In this document: piece by piece, positions 25,000-39,500 of the stretch
Numbering within the stretch: position 1 is the first letter of the stretch
Layout: every line of letters begins with the position of its first letter
Assembly (NCBI GenBank): GCA_043228905.1
Contig: JBHGNT010000002.1
Coordinates: forward strand, 21,514,001 to 21,578,000
Direction: 5' to 3'
Length of the DNA stretch: 64,000 bases
Source of the DNA: Azolla caroliniana
Lineage: Eukaryota; Plantae; Polypodiophyta
Made by a program: the position numbers and the translations under genes
The notes under the pieces: generated by a model
What the model saw: only the letters and a program-made list of their open reading frames with translations
Told to the model about the DNA's origin: nothing
Databases searched by the model: none

Positions 25000-25261
25000 T
25001 GCAAAAGGATTTGAACCCATGACCTTGTGTTACATAGTTTGAACCCTTACAATTAAACGATGCATTGTAATACGAAAGATATTATTTTCATTTATTATTT
25101 CTATAGGAAATTCATGTATATTCCAGATTACTCTAGAACATTCTAGAAACTTCAGGAGTACTCCTGATAGTATAATTTAGAACCAATTCGATTCAATGCA
25201 AGTCTTAAGCCTCCTAGCTATTCTTGTATTTTCTCTTCATATAATATATCACATGTTATCA

Positions 25262-25305
<44 letters not shown>

Positions 25306-25856
25306 TCTCTTGTGAGTCCCACACACTTCCTTCCTCTTAGTACTAATCCTAATAGTACTTTCCTTTTCTAGTACTAATTCTCTCCCTGTCTTTAGTACTA
25401 TTTCCTGACAGTTTGAACCAAATTTCTCTCGTCTTAGTGTCACAGACACACCAACCCCAGACTACGACGGATCATGAATGACGAGGCTACGACCGATAAG
25501 GTTACAAACGTGGAACTCAACGTGATGAGGGTAGAAACTCGAGAACTTGGGAGCAACGAGATGAGGAACTTAAGACGCTAGGAACAATACAAGAGCATAA
25601 TGATAGAGATGTAAATCAAGGAGAGAAGATGGGGCTAAACAAGAATACTAGATTGATGCGTTAGTGAATGGTGTTGAATCCCTTGAAAGGGACCAAGGAG
25701 GTTACAAGTATTTATAATGTGAGTCAAAGTACATCCATTAGAATCTTCTAGAACCCTCTAGAACCTTCTAGTTCTAGAACTTTCTAAAAACTCCTAGAAC
25801 TTGAAATAGATAATCTATTATGAATCTACTAAGATACACATAACATGACCATATAT
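25000..25856. mobile_element. LTR-like fragment interrupting the copia C integrase, beginning with a tRNA-like module
   Basis: Starts TG exactly where the C reading frame stops (...IRSRD). Contains ctagaac-type repeats and (CT)n, has no ORF, and is cut by the LTR of D. Confidence 0.5.
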
Positions 25857-28800
25857 TGAAGAGAAATGTGCGGAATATCGCTCGGCCACAACCAAGTAGT
25901 AAATCACTTCTCTGAAAAAAGAATCAAACACAAAAATAGGAAGTGGAGAGTACACAAGAAAAATGACACAGGATGTTTACGTGGAAAACCCTAATAGGGA
26001 AAAACCACGGGAGTCCACAGACTCCGAACTATCACTATGAAGAGAGGAAAGGAAATACACAAGTGGAGGCATAGAGGCAACGACCTCGTGCTCGCAATTT
26101 TCGCTAGGCAGCGGTTACATCAGAGAGTGCTCGTAACTACTCTCACGTTCTCTCTCTCTCTCTCTCTATACAATAGTTACAATAATATGCAACGCACACA
26201 ATCACAACACAAAGTGATTGCCCAAAGTCATATTTATAGTTATATGAACTTAGGGCTATTTGCAAATATAGCCACAATGAGCTTATTTAAGACATATTTA
26301 CAAATCTGTCTTCTCTTCTGGTTCTCACCAGGTCTCCTCCGGTTTCCGGATCTCTTCTGGTTCTCACCGGTTCCTCTTTATTCATCACCGGATCCCATTC
26401 AGAGAGACCGATTTCCCAACAATCTCCCCCTTCACTCCGGTATGGGATGTCTTGTAAGTCCGATCCGCTTCCGGCATGTGTCCAGCTTTTCGGATGTCAG
26501 CACCTTGGTCAGCATATCCGACCCGTTCTCCTCCGTGTGGATCTTTGTCAGCATGAACTCTTGATCTTCAACTCACTCCCAGATCTAGTGGTACCTACGT
26601 TGGATGTGCTTCGTTCTGGAATGGTATGTCGTGTTCTTTGCAAGGTGGATGGCACTTTGACTGTCGGAGTAGAGCCGGTATTCCTCTTGCTGGATCCCTC
26701 GCTCTCCGATGAAGTCCTTCATCCATAATATTTCCTTGCTGGCTTCCACGGCTCTACCTCCGTGGTTGACAACGCAATTGTCTTCTGCAGTCTCGACTGC
26801 CACGAAACGGCTCCCCCTGCATAGGTCATGACATATCCGGTAGTTCATCGGCTATTGTCCACATCAATCAACATATCCGAATCGGTAAATCCTTCCATGA
26901 GGGGTTTACCAGAGCCGAATCAGAGGCACATACTCAAAGTGCCCTTCCAGTGCTCTTTTCCGGGGTTGGTCATGAACCAACTCACCACTCCGAATGCGTA
27001 TCTAATATCCAGACGAGTACACACCATTGCGTACATCAAGCTCCCAGCCACAGAGGCATATGGAATCTTCATCATATCCGCCTTCTCTGCCTTTGTCTTC
27101 GGGCTTTGCTTACCTGATAATCTGTAGTTTGTCGGGAGTGTCGATCCGACCGGTTTTGCTTATGACATGTTAAACCGTTGAAGTACCTTTGTCGCGTACT
27201 TTTCTTGTGACGGCCACAATCGCTTCTTCGACCAGTCCCAGATGATGTGCATCCCCAATATCTGTCTTGCCGGACCCAAGTCTTTCATTGAGAAAGTCCG
27301 GTTAAGGGCCTTCTTCAGCATCTATATCTTGACTTGGTCTCGTCCGACGATTAACATGTCGTCCATGTACAGGAACAATATCAAGAAATCTCCTCCATCA
27401 AATTTCTTCACAAACACGCAGTGATCGGCTTGCGTCTTGTGGCATCCTTGATCGGTCATGAAGGAGTCAAACTTCCAGTATCATTGTCGAGGAGCTTGCT
27501 TCAGTCCGTATAAGCTCTTCTTCAACCGGCACACCAGGTGCTCCTTCCCTTTCTTCTCAAATCCTTCTGGTTGATGCATGTAGATCTCTTCTTCGAGGTC
27601 TCCGTGTAGGAATGTCATCTTGACATTTAGTTGCTCTACCTCGAGGTTCATGCTTGCCGTAATGCCCAAGACCGTCCGGATGGATGTCATCTTTACTACC
27701 AGGGCAAAGATCTCATCGAAGTCCACTCCTTTCTTATGTTAGAAGCCCTTCACCACGATTCGGGCCTTATACCTTGGTGGATTTCTGGCGTCTCCCGGTT
27801 TCAGCTTGTACACCCACTTGTTCCGGAGTGCCCTCTTTCCTTTCGGCAACTCCACCAATTCGTATGTGTGGTTCTCATGCAGGGAATCCATCTCATCCTG
27901 CATGGCACTCAACCACTTGCGATTGTGGGTGTCTCCCCTTGCTTCTTCAAAGCTTTCTGGCTCCCCCTCATCGGTTAGCAACACATGCTCTGCATCCGGA
28001 AATCTTCGGGGGGCTCTTCTCTCCCGGAGAGGATATCTCCGTCCTTGGTTTCTAACTGTCGGTTCCTCCGTTTGTTCTTCATCTGAATCCGATTCGGGAT
28101 CTTGTCCGGTTCCGGTGTCTTCCTCCTCTTCTTCTTCTTCTTCAGTCGGTTCGGTTTCCTGTCCGTATCCGGCTAGTTCGTCAAGTGTCATCCGGTTACC
28201 GGCTAACATCCGGTTTTCAACCGGGTATATCCTTTTTTCCTCAAGCTGGTTTTCAATGGATGATCCAGAGTTCGTTACCTTCTTCTCCGATTCCCAGTCG
28301 GCAATGGTCCTGTCTTCCATGAAGACTATGTCCCGACTCCGGAACACCTTTCTATCAACCAGATCCCACACTTAGTAATCGAGCTCATCATTGCCGTATC
28401 TAAGGAATATGCATGGCTAGGACTTCGGATCCAACTTTTCTCTCTTGTCCTTCGCCACATGCACATATGCGAGACACCCGAACACCTTTAGATGCCGGTA
28501 AGACACATCCTTACCGTTCCATACTTTCTGCGGTGAATCTCTGTCCAAGGGTACTAAGGGTGATCTGTTTATCACATAGGTCATCGTCTTCAGCGCCACA
28601 ACCCAAAACGTCTTGGGTAACTTGGCATGTGCGAGCATGCTCCGGACTCTCTCCATTATGGTCCAGTTCATCCTTTTGGCCAGCCCATTTAGTTCCGACG
28701 TCTTCGGCACGGTGAATTTGAGCCGAATTCCCTTCGACCGCAGTACTCCTCGAACTGCCTCCGGTATTCTCCTCCGTTGTCCGCTCGAACCACCTTCAGC

Positions 28801-30330
28801 TTCCAATCAGTTTCTCTTTCCACTCTCTCGTGGAGTTCCTTGAAGACGGATAACACTTGGTCCTTCGTCTTAAACGGTGAGACCCACAACTTCCGGCTGT
28901 GGTTGTCTATGAACGTCATGAAGTACTGCGATCCGGCATGTGACTTCGTGTCGACTTGACACACATCGGTATGCACCAGCTCTAGTGGTGCATTCCGTCT
29001 CATAGGTGGTCTTGTCCGGAAGGAGGTTCGGTTTTGCTTGTCGGCCAAGTAGTCGGTGCACTTCTCAAGTTGCATGTCCTTCACCGGAATGAAATTGTCT
29101 TCGGCAAGCCTCTTCATCCCCTTCTCACTCATGTGACACAGTCTTTTGTGCCACAGCTCACCGGTAGTGTCAGATGCTACGTTCACTTCTTCCACGGCAT
29201 ATCCGGGCATGCATCAAGTATAGTGTGTTGACCCTCCGGGCTCGAGCCACTATTAAGCTCCCTTTGCAGAACTTCATGGCACCGTTCCGGACGCTACATG
29301 TGTAGCCTTCATCATCTAGCCGACCGGTTGATATCAGGTTCAGTCGAACCTCCGGAACGTGTTGGACATCCTTCAGTAGCACCTTGCATCCGGTTGATGT
29401 CATCAACAACACATCTCCTATGCCGATAATTTGGCATGTCCCTTTATTCCCCATCCGGACACAACCGTGCTCACCGGCTGTGTAGGATGAGAACATTTCC
29501 GGTCCGGGGTAAGGTGGAACGATGCTCCGGAATCGACAACCCATGTTGTCTCATCGCCGACAAGGTTTAACTCATTCTCTTCGGTAATGAGCATCAGTTC
29601 CTCTTCACTTGTCACGATCACCGACGTTCCTTTTCGATCCGGGCATCTCCGGTCCGAACCGTTTCGGTCCGAACTCTTCTTCGAATCGGTGATACCGGTT
29701 TCCTTCTCTTTCTAGAAATGCTGACAATTCTTCTAGATGTGCCCCGACTTTCCACAGTAGAAGCAAGTAGGCCTCCCCCTTGACTTCGACCTCGTCCCCA
29801 ATTTGTCCCGGTTTTGGGGACTCTGATACCGGCCTCTTCCCCGGTTGTGGTCATCTTCCGTGACCAAGGCCTTCGGATCTATTCGGACTTCCGGTCCTTC
29901 CGGCGAGCTTCTTCATCTAGCAAGCTTGATTTTACCCTTGCTAGGACAATTGCTTTCCTTCCGGCCCGACATTGCCCAACGTGACATCCGGGAGGGAACC
30001 GAGCAAGAGTAATGCGAGTACCTCATCGACAAAAGGTACTTCCAACGAGGTTGCCTGGTGGATCAGTCCCTAGAAGGCATTCATGTCGTCCGCCATATTG
30101 GAGCCATCTTGGTACCGGAGCCTCACTATCTTCCAGAATACATAAACTCGATTAACAACATTTTTGTTTTGGAACATAATGCCGATCTTCTCCCAGAGTT
30201 CATGAGACTTGCTCTCTTCGTTGAAGTTGTTGTACATGCTCATATCGATGAAGCACCGGATGTATGTCGTAGTCTTCATGTGCATCACCTCCCATACTGT
30301 GGCATCGATCTTGTCCGGTCTCTTGTCCAC
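25857..30330 (-). mobile_element. Ty1/copia element 'D' (family of B and F), lacking 5' LTR and PBS
   Basis: 3' LTR 25857-26421, PPT 26422-26435, degenerate gag-PR-INT-RT-RH. Gag is cut near its N-terminus at about 30330. Confidence 0.92.
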
Positions 30331-30334
30331 CGGT

Positions 30335-31403
30335 TTGTTTCAGGTTTGGAAACCCCACCTTGAAGGATTCACAGATTCAGATATGACGGCTTATGCAGAT
30401 ACTAGCCGGTCAACTTCCGGCTATGTTATGACATATGCAGGGGGAGTCATATCATAGCAGTCGAGGTTGCAGAAGTCCATTGCACTATCAAGAATGGAAG
30501 CGGAGTACATGGCGGCCGTGAAAGCCGGTAAAGAGGTAATCTGGATGGAGGACTTCATCGGAGAGCTAGGGATCCGGTAGGAGGATTTCAGGCTCTACTA
30601 CGATAGTCAAAGGGGCATCCACCTTGCAAAGAACGTGGCATACCGCTCCAGGACAAAGCACATCCAACGTAGATACCACTGGCTTCGGGTGAGAATAGAA
30701 GATCAAGACTTCGCACTATTGGAGATCCACACGGAGGAAAACGGGTCAGACATGTTGACCAAGGTGCTCTCAGTAGACAAGTTGGATGTGTGTAGGAGAC
30801 GGATCAGACTGCCAACGCATCCCATGCCAGAGTGAAGGGGGAGCTTGTTGGGAATTTGGTCCCTCCCGACGAATCTAGAAGATATCCAGATGAATCCGGT
30901 GTGAACCGGATACAAGAACATATGTGTAAATATGTTTCTAGAGGGCTTGTCATGGCCATATTTGTAAATAGTTCTAAAGTCCTATCCCAGTCCTATAAGT
31001 ATAAATATGACTTAGGGAACCCGCTTATGTAGTGGTCATTAGAGTCGTTATTATTACTATTGTAAAGATAGAGAGGAAGAGGGAGAGGGAGAGAGAGAGA
31101 GAGGGAGGGAGGGAGGGAGGGAGGGTGAGAGAGATACAGAAAGCTTTTCTATTGTAACAGTTGGTTGGCGAAGATATAGAGCTCGAGGTCATTGCCTCCG
31201 AGTCTCGCTTGGTATCCTCTTCTTATAGTGATAGTTGAAGTCAGTGGGCTCCTATGGTTTTTTCCCTATTAGGGTTTTCCACGCAAACATATAGTGTCGT
31301 CTCTTACTCTGTAAGTGCATTAATCTCATTTCTATTTCCTGCTTTCTTCCATTGAGTGTTTAAGACTTGGTTGAGGCCGAGCACTATTCCGCATGTTTCT
31401 TCA
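30335..31403 (+). mobile_element. 3' remnant of copia 'E' (RNase H, PPT, 3' LTR)
   Basis: KPHLEGFTDSDM...RSTSGYV...RTKHIQRRYH...HPMPE*. PPT gtgaagggggag. LTR 30846-31403 (tgttggg...tttcttca) homologous to the LTRs of B, D and F. Confidence 0.88.
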
Positions 31404-33982
31404 AGTTTGTTAAGAATTTGGAACAAAGACCCTTTAATACATGCATCCTTAAGCCTGGAATATGTATATTTTTTATGTACGTCTCCCACTCAATGTCATT
31501 GAAATTGAAGCCAAATAATAGTTTTTCTTCGCTTGATAGATTTTCATAGAGTTGTTGTGTATTGGACGTGTCAAATCCATAAACATTGAAAAATGTTGAA
31601 ATGAAGGTATTAGAATGAAGTAGATCATTGTTTGATTCTGCATTTTGTTAAATAAACCGATTTGATGTTAGTATACCAACATATAACTATGTCATGCATT
31701 ATGCATACATGAGAGAATGTAAAACACAAAAGAGAAGCATGCCTAAATAGTGGAGACAATAGTTCCAATCTATTAATGTATTATTCTGTGTCTCTTAAAT
31801 AATATCTTATATGTCATACTACATGAATGCACAAACATACAAATGCACAACCCATTTTTCCATCTCGATTTTCACATATAGTGTTAGCGAATGTACATCA
31901 CTTTTAAACAACATAGAAATATATTTCCTTCATCATGTAAAATAGCTTGAAACTTTGGAATTCCCTTCTCTAAACAATAAGAATTGGAAAGATGCCATCG
32001 TGTATAGCCCCAATATGTTCACTATTTGTAAGCAAATTCGTTAAGAGGAACCTACCTTCCTCGATAGAATCTGTAAGGATAATAGATTTTGGCTAGGTTG
32101 ATTACACGCTTGTTTATTGTGAGAATGATTTGTTGGTATTGTTTAAAGAACTTTGGATTTTGTTCCTAGATATTGTAAAGGAGAATGGTTAGATACACTT
32201 ATATGTGTGCACATTAACTAGAAAAATACACCTTTGAAAAGACACCCAAATCAAGTGACATGTGTGAAACATATATGCATTTGGAATAGGATAATATCTT
32301 AAGGTATCTTCCAAAGGCTTTATAGGGTAAATAATGAGCGTATAAGTAGTGCAACTAATCATTAAACACAATGTCTACATTTGCATGATATGAATGGAGA
32401 CGTGAATCATCCGCGCCAAGTATTACTTATAGATTCAAGAAGTGACTTGATAGAAATTCAAAAAATTGAAGAAGAAGATGATGTAGTCATAAACTATCTT
32501 GTTGTCTACCATAGAACTTGGTCTGTAAAATACTGCATGGAGTAAAATTTTAATATACCTTAGATTCCAAAACAACTTGAGATAATGCCTCGGTATAGCT
32601 CTCCATATCTCGGTAAGTTTGGAACTTCTTGTTTCTTATAGGTTTTCCAGTGTTGTCTATGAGAGGCTCCTCTCTAAAATGCTCTTCTAAGAATCTTACC
32701 ATGTTTGACAAGGAGAAAGGGTTCACCATTGAGGATGCAATGTGGTAAACTTTTAATCCTGGCTTGCAAGCATGTTTTGCCATGGCAGCAAGCATTGCAT
32801 TTGCCACCATATCCACTGGTACCTACATCGTGTTAACAATCATAGTGTGATAAATATGGCTTACACCAACACATGCAAGAATAACCATTTTGGAAGTGTG
32901 TGTTTTAGTGGAATATCAAAATGGTTTAAAATGCACTTGGGTTACTAATCATTCTAATACCAATGGTTGAAAATGCTCAAGAGTAAGCACCAAGGTTTCA
33001 AAAGAAGACACTCATACCAAGGGACTTATAACAAAATGAATGAAAGAGTGGTCAAGGGAGTTGGAAATGAAGAAACTAGACTAATAAACCAAGTAAATAC
33101 AAATGGTAGAGTGATAAGAAAAAAATTCTAAAGCAAAGATAAATTTGAGAAGATACAAACCACATGAAGAAGCAGTTTGCATCCATGGGGAAGCCTAAGA
33201 GTTTTACCTTTCCGTATGATATTATGATGGGGTCCATCATCCTTGTGTATAAGAAAACATTGACATATATTACACTCTAGAGATATGTTATGGTCATGAT
33301 ATTAGTCAATAGATGGTGTTAATATTAGCATTGGGCACCGTTGCCTGTTGCCTTTTATTCAACCTGGAAATGGCTCTCTGAATGAGCTCTCCACTATACT
33401 TGTTCTCACAATCACTGTCAGTAGATCATCTCTCATACTATCAATAACCATCTCTCCCATTGCCTTTGTAAAGACATAAGTGTCTTGCCAACCAAAGTGA
33501 TTCGCTCTAACATCAAATGATCAATTATCATCTATCTCAATTTCTAGTGAACACTTATACCAAGAGATTACAAACTAAAGCAAATTACGCATACATCATA
33601 TGAGAAACCGTTGACCTTACATATCACACAAGAAACTTTGCACATCACAAAAAAATATATTCGCATTCTACGCTCAACCCACAAGGTTGAAAGCCATTCC
33701 AATGCCGATGAATGTTACTCAATTGGATAGTAACATTCATAACAAATGTCCACAATCAATTAATAACAAATATCTTCACATTGCTAAAGATTAAGCTTTA
33801 TTCAACACTCTTTATCTTACCTTTCCAATCCTAGCTCCTTCAAGGTTTTAGTAATGTTGTTTGATGGATTAAGTGGTCCATGTTAACATCACTTGTTGAC
33901 ACATGCATTAAAAGTTGTAGATGTTAACATTTAGCAAATTCCATAATTCTTCGAGTGCTTCCCGTGTTCATATTTAGCGCAT
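31404..33982 (-). pseudogene. Truncated tandem duplicate of the FAR gene (part of exon 2 to exon 8)
   Basis: Exons and introns collinear with 36596-39425, offset about 5.2 kb. Lesions: exon-8 acceptor AG>GG (31577-31578), 1-bp deletion in exon 5, TGG>TGA at 33359-33361, GT>GC donor, most of exon 3 deleted, 5' end missing, stop codon lost. Confidence 0.9.
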
Positions 33983-33984
33983 AG

Positions 33985-34850
33985 TCCTACTTCTCATCGA
34001 AGCCCGTTGTAACAGCATACTTTACAATTATATCCATTCTAGTGTAAACCATAGGACATCTTAGTTTCCATCTCTCTCTTGCTTAATGCTTGAACACATC
34101 GATCATCATTGTCCTTCTAAAGAATCTCCACATCTACATCAGCTAGGGGTCCTAAGGTCCACTTGCTATACCAATCTTGTGGAGTTTGATGAGTTGATAG
34201 TCTTCCTCATTTAATTTTCCAATCAAAACCGGGTGGTTGGGCTGTACTATGTAGAAGATGGCCTTCTTCAGGCAAAGACGATCTTTGTTTGAGGTATACA
34301 TTCATGTTTAAGGACTTCCAATACGATGATGCCAACCAATCCCCACTAGGGGCCATGCCTTATAGCCTTCTCTTGTCAGACCGGAAGAAAACCCATCTAC
34401 AGGATAGTCATGAATAGTCCATGCTTAGATCCATATAGACTTTGAAGGCTTGAAGTCCTCTCGGTTTGGTTGCATGGATGACATCTAAAGCTCTCCACAA
34501 TTCATGTTGGCCATCAATAAGATGTACTAAGTATACATTCAAATCCTTAACTTGTGTCTTTTGTGGAATTAACAAGCATAACATTTTTAAGTGTTCCTTC
34601 TTTATTCCTGAATAAGGTGGTAGATCCTAATTAATTACAAGCACCATCTAGGTTGACTATTTTGATGATTGAATTTAAAACACCTAGACCATTTTGATGA
34701 TTGCATTTAAAATGGGTTGACATCATTTAGTCGTGAACGTAGTTTTAAGTTTCTTGGCTTGATCGTGAAATGTGGCCACCTATTATCTATGTGTTTAAAT
34801 GCTACACAATCGGCTAGACAACCAATTACCGTCTCCGTCTCCGATGGGGA
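33985..34850 (-). mobile_element. CACTA/En-Spm transposase (Transposase_21/TnpD-like) remnant
   Basis: AFKHIDNRWPHFTIKPRNLKL...DVNPF and WTIHDYPVDGFSSGLTREGYKAWP motifs. Many stops, no TIRs found. Confidence 0.78.
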
Positions 34851-36595
34851 GTCTTGCATTTGATCTTGAGGGTTTGAATGTGATATATCCATCCTTGGTA
34901 AAGGGATATGCCTTTACTTGATCAAGGGTGGTATACAAGATGGAGGTGGAGATGGTGTTAGTGCACTTGAATCTTAATCTCTATTGTACATAACAAAACA
35001 AAGTAATTAATTAGAAACAATCTACCATAAGTTTTCACTTGATTCAAAATCTAGACAAACTGTCTCAATGGAGTAGATTCAAATTTCATTGTAAGTTAGT
35101 CTGGCAGTGTTTTATCTGCAATGAAATATATTATTTACGAAATAAGGTGTAGACAGAGAGAGGATAAATACAGAATGAAATCATGCTGTCTTCTGGAGCA
35201 AATTTGACCATGAAAGAAAAAAGAGAGCATATAAGTGAGATTCAATAAATGGCGAAAAGAAACTCAATAAAATAGAAACAAAGTGGATCATACATAAACC
35301 AATGGTATTGTGAACCAAGTAACTAGGTTGCCAATACTACTCGCCATACGATGTAAAGGGGCATTCCTAGATCTCTCTAGAATTACATCAAAATGTCTTC
35401 CATTTAGGATGCTTTAATGATGATTTTGCATGATAATGCCCCAAATCTAATGAAACAATTGTCACTTATAATGTGAATAGTCATAAACTCCAAGAGTGTT
35501 TCACAAAATGATATTAAGGTCACTAAGGTCTTGGAATTAAAGATATCAAACCACAACCATTGTTAAGGGAGAGGATAGAAAATCATACTACTACAAATAA
35601 GAGAAGATGTGGTTTCACCATTAAGGTTGTGCATTGAGAGATTTGAATAATGAGTCCCTCACATCATGAAACCATCCCCTTGACTCATAGGGGTGGTCAT
35701 TGACCAAGCACACACATTGTTAATGTACAAGGTTTGAGTTATAGGGGCATGTCAACATGTGATTTTGCATCAACTTCTACATACAAATTATATAGCTTGG
35801 ATGTCATGCACTTCTTTATAAAATCGAAAGTATGAGAGAATGTGTATATTGGATATTAATAGTTGATTAGAAAGCTCCATGTTGAATTGGGGATGTTGAT
35901 GATTGGTGCCGATCTTGCAAGACATGCAAATAAGTAGATAAAACTACACAAGAATTACGGAACATTACGAGATTTTCCCTTGTAAGCACTATGCCGCTTC
36001 TTGTAATAAAGTTTCCTTTTTCATGTATACCATAATCAAGTTTTTTCATTGATCAATGTTATTTCGTATACCATGATCAAGTGTTTTCTACACTAGGTCT
36101 ATCCAATTGTTAATTAATATCTCCCCTTTAAATATTCTTGTTGTACCCCAACTTAATCATATCAATATGTATCTCCTTTCAACCTAACCAAAGGAACCAT
36201 GAAACTTTTAAACCCAATGCTTGAAAAGAGATATACAAATAGTTATGTCATGTTTTTGCTACAAACTGAATTGTTACCGATTTCGAGATTTACGCTCTGA
36301 AAACCCAAGTTGAAACAAGTTATGGTTCAGTATTCTCTTATCATCAAATCATGCATACCATGTTTTTACATTGACAAGTCATGGCAAAAACATAACCTTT
36401 GACAAATCATAAAAACCACATAGTGTTATTATTTAGCAAATTTTTTGGGGTTTTCTACATGAATGTTTAATATGATACAATACATCGATATTGTATGCAA
36501 ATGTGAGTTGCATGAAATGTAGGAAAACAATGAATACATTGATACAAATAATGCATAAGGAGAACCAAGAAATGGCATACTTTCTTCAGGTTTGT

Positions 36596-39500
36596 TCATA
36601 ATTTGGAGCGAAGACCCTTTAATACATGCTTCCTTAAGCCTGGAATATGTATATTTTTTATGTACGTCTCCCAATCAATGTCATTGAAATTGAAGCCAAA
36701 TAATAGTTTTTCTTCGTTTGATAGATTTTCATAGAGTTGTTGTGTATTGGAAGTGTCAAATCTGTAAACATTGGAAAATGTGGAAATGAAAGTATTAGAA
36801 TGAAGTTGATCATTGTTTGATTGTGCATTTTGTTAAATAAACCGATTTGATGTTAGTATACCAACATATAACTATTTCATGCATTATGCATACATGACAG
36901 AATGTAAAACACGAAAGACAAGCATGCCTACATAGTGGAGAGAATAGTTCTAATCTATTAGTGTATTGTTGTGTTTCTCTTAAATAATATCTTATATGTC
37001 ATACTACATGAATGCACAAACATACAAATGCACAACCCATTTTTCCATCTCGATTTTCACATGTAGCGCTAGCAAATGTACATCACTTTTAAACAACATA
37101 GAATTATATTTGCTTCATTGTGTAAAATAGCTTGAAACTTTGGAATTCCCTTCTCTAAACAATAAGAACTGGAAAGATGCCATCATGTATAACCCCAATA
37201 TATTCACTGTTTGTAACCAAATTTGTTAAGACGAACCTACCTTCCTTGATAGAATGTGTACGGATAATAGATTTTGGCTAGGTTGATTGCACGCTTGTTT
37301 ATTGTGAGAGCCATTTGTTCGTATTGTTTAAAGAACTTTGGATTTTGTTCCTAGATATTGTAAAGGAGAATGGTTAGATACACTGATATCTATGCACATT
37401 AACTAGAAAAATATACCTTTGAAAAGTTACACCCAACTAACATAAATGAAACATATATGCATTTGGAATAGGATAATATATGGAGGTATCTTCTAAAGGG
37501 TTTATAGGGTAAATAATTTGTGTATAGGGGATGCCAAGCCAAAGTAGAGCAACTAATTATTAAGCACAATATCTACATTTGCATGATATGAATGGAGACG
37601 TGAAGCATCCCCACCAAGTATTACTTATAGATTCAAGAAGTGACTTGATAGAAATTCAAAAAATTGAAGAAGAAGATGATGTAGTCATAAACTATCTTGT
37701 TGTCTACCATAGAACTTGGTTTGTAAAATATTGCATGGAGTAAAATTATAATATACCTTAGATTCCAAAACAACTTGATATAATGCATCGGTATAGCTCT
37801 CCATATCTCGGTAAATTTGAAACTTCTTGTTTCTTATAGGTTTTCCAGTGTTGTCTATGAGAGGCTCCTCCTTAAAATGCTCTTCAAAGAATCTTACCAT
37901 GTTTGACAAGGAGAAAGGGTTCACCATTGAGGATGCAATGTGGTAAACTTTCAATCCTGGCTTGCAAGCATGTTTTGCCATGGCAGCAAGCATTGCATTT
38001 GCAACCATATCCACTGGTACCTACATGGTGTTCCCAATCATAGTTTGATAAATATGACTTACACCAACACATCAAGAATAAACATTATGGAAGTGTGCAC
38101 ATGGTTTAGTGGAATATCAAAATGGTTAAAAATGCACTTGGGTTAATAATCACTCCAATATCCATGGTTGAAAATGCTCAACAGTAAAAATAAATGAAAA
38201 AAGCAATTTGAGAGCACCAAGGTTTCAAGGGAAGACACTTATACCAAGGGACTTAAATAAAATGAATGAAATAGGGCTCAAAGGAGTTGGAAATGAAGAA
38301 AATGAACTAATAAACCAAGTGAATTCAAAGAGTAGAGTGATAGCAAATAAAATCTAAAGCAAAGAACAAATTGAGAAGATACAAACCACATCAAGAAGAC
38401 ACTTTGGATCCATGGGGAAGCCTGATAGTTGACCCTTTCCATATGATATTATGATGGGGTCCATCATCCTTGTGTATAAGAAAACATTAACATATATTAC
38501 ACTCTAGAGATGTGTTATGGTCATGATATTAGTCCAAAGACGGTGTTAAAAATGACATTGGGCACCGTTACCTGTTGCCTTCTATCCAACCTGGAAATGG
38601 CTCCCTTAATGAACTCTCCACTATACTTGGTCTCACAATCACCGTTGGTAGATCATCTCTCATACTAGTAATAACCATCTCTCCCATTGCCTTTGTAAAG
38701 ACATAAGTGTCATGCCAACCAAACTGATTCGCTCTAACATCAAATCATCAATTATCGTGTCTCTCAATTTCTAGTAAACACTTATATACCAAGAGATTAC
38801 ACACTAATGCAAATTATGAATACATCATATGAGAAACCATTGACCTTATATATCACACAAGAAACTTTGCACAACCCACAAGGTTGAAAGAAATTCCGGT
38901 GTCGATGAATGTTACTCAATTGGAAAGTAACCCGCAAATTGCAATCAATTAATAACAAATATCTTCACATTCCTAAAGATTAAGCTTTATTCAACACTCT
39001 GTATCTTACCTTTCCAATCCTAGCTCCTTCATGTTGTTTTGTCTATCATGATTTTTTGTAGATCCAATCTCATTAAAAGCACTCAATTTTTCTTTGATAT
39101 GTTTGAATTCGAAATCAACAAATGTGCTGGGATGCAAATTTTGGTCCATGGTTATAGTCGCATTAGATTTGTTGTATCCGTAATTGAAGGTTTGTTCATA
39201 TAGAAGGCCTTTTCGTTTCCCATGGGCAAAGGCTACGAAAACAACGGAAATTAAAAAACTCAGCATACAACACACCTAGTAATGTAAATAAAGGTTGGAT
39301 GGATTAATCGAAGGTCCACGTTAACGTCACCTGTTGACACATGCATTAAAAGTTGTAGATGTTGACAACATTTAGCAAATTCCATAATTCTTCGAGTGCC
39401 TCCTGTGTTCATATTTAGCGCATGGTCATAATGTTCATTGAAGCTCGTTGTAGCAGCAGAATTGACGATTATGTCGATTTTGGTAGCAAGGAAGGTAAAT

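Noticed and set aside
31304-31489. [15 protein letters not shown] (also 36429-36674)
   Set aside because: Alternative frame of FAR exon 8
35635-35700. Weak B-box-like gatttgaata as another tRNA/SINE module
   Set aside because: B box is degenerate and there is no convincing A box at the expected spacing
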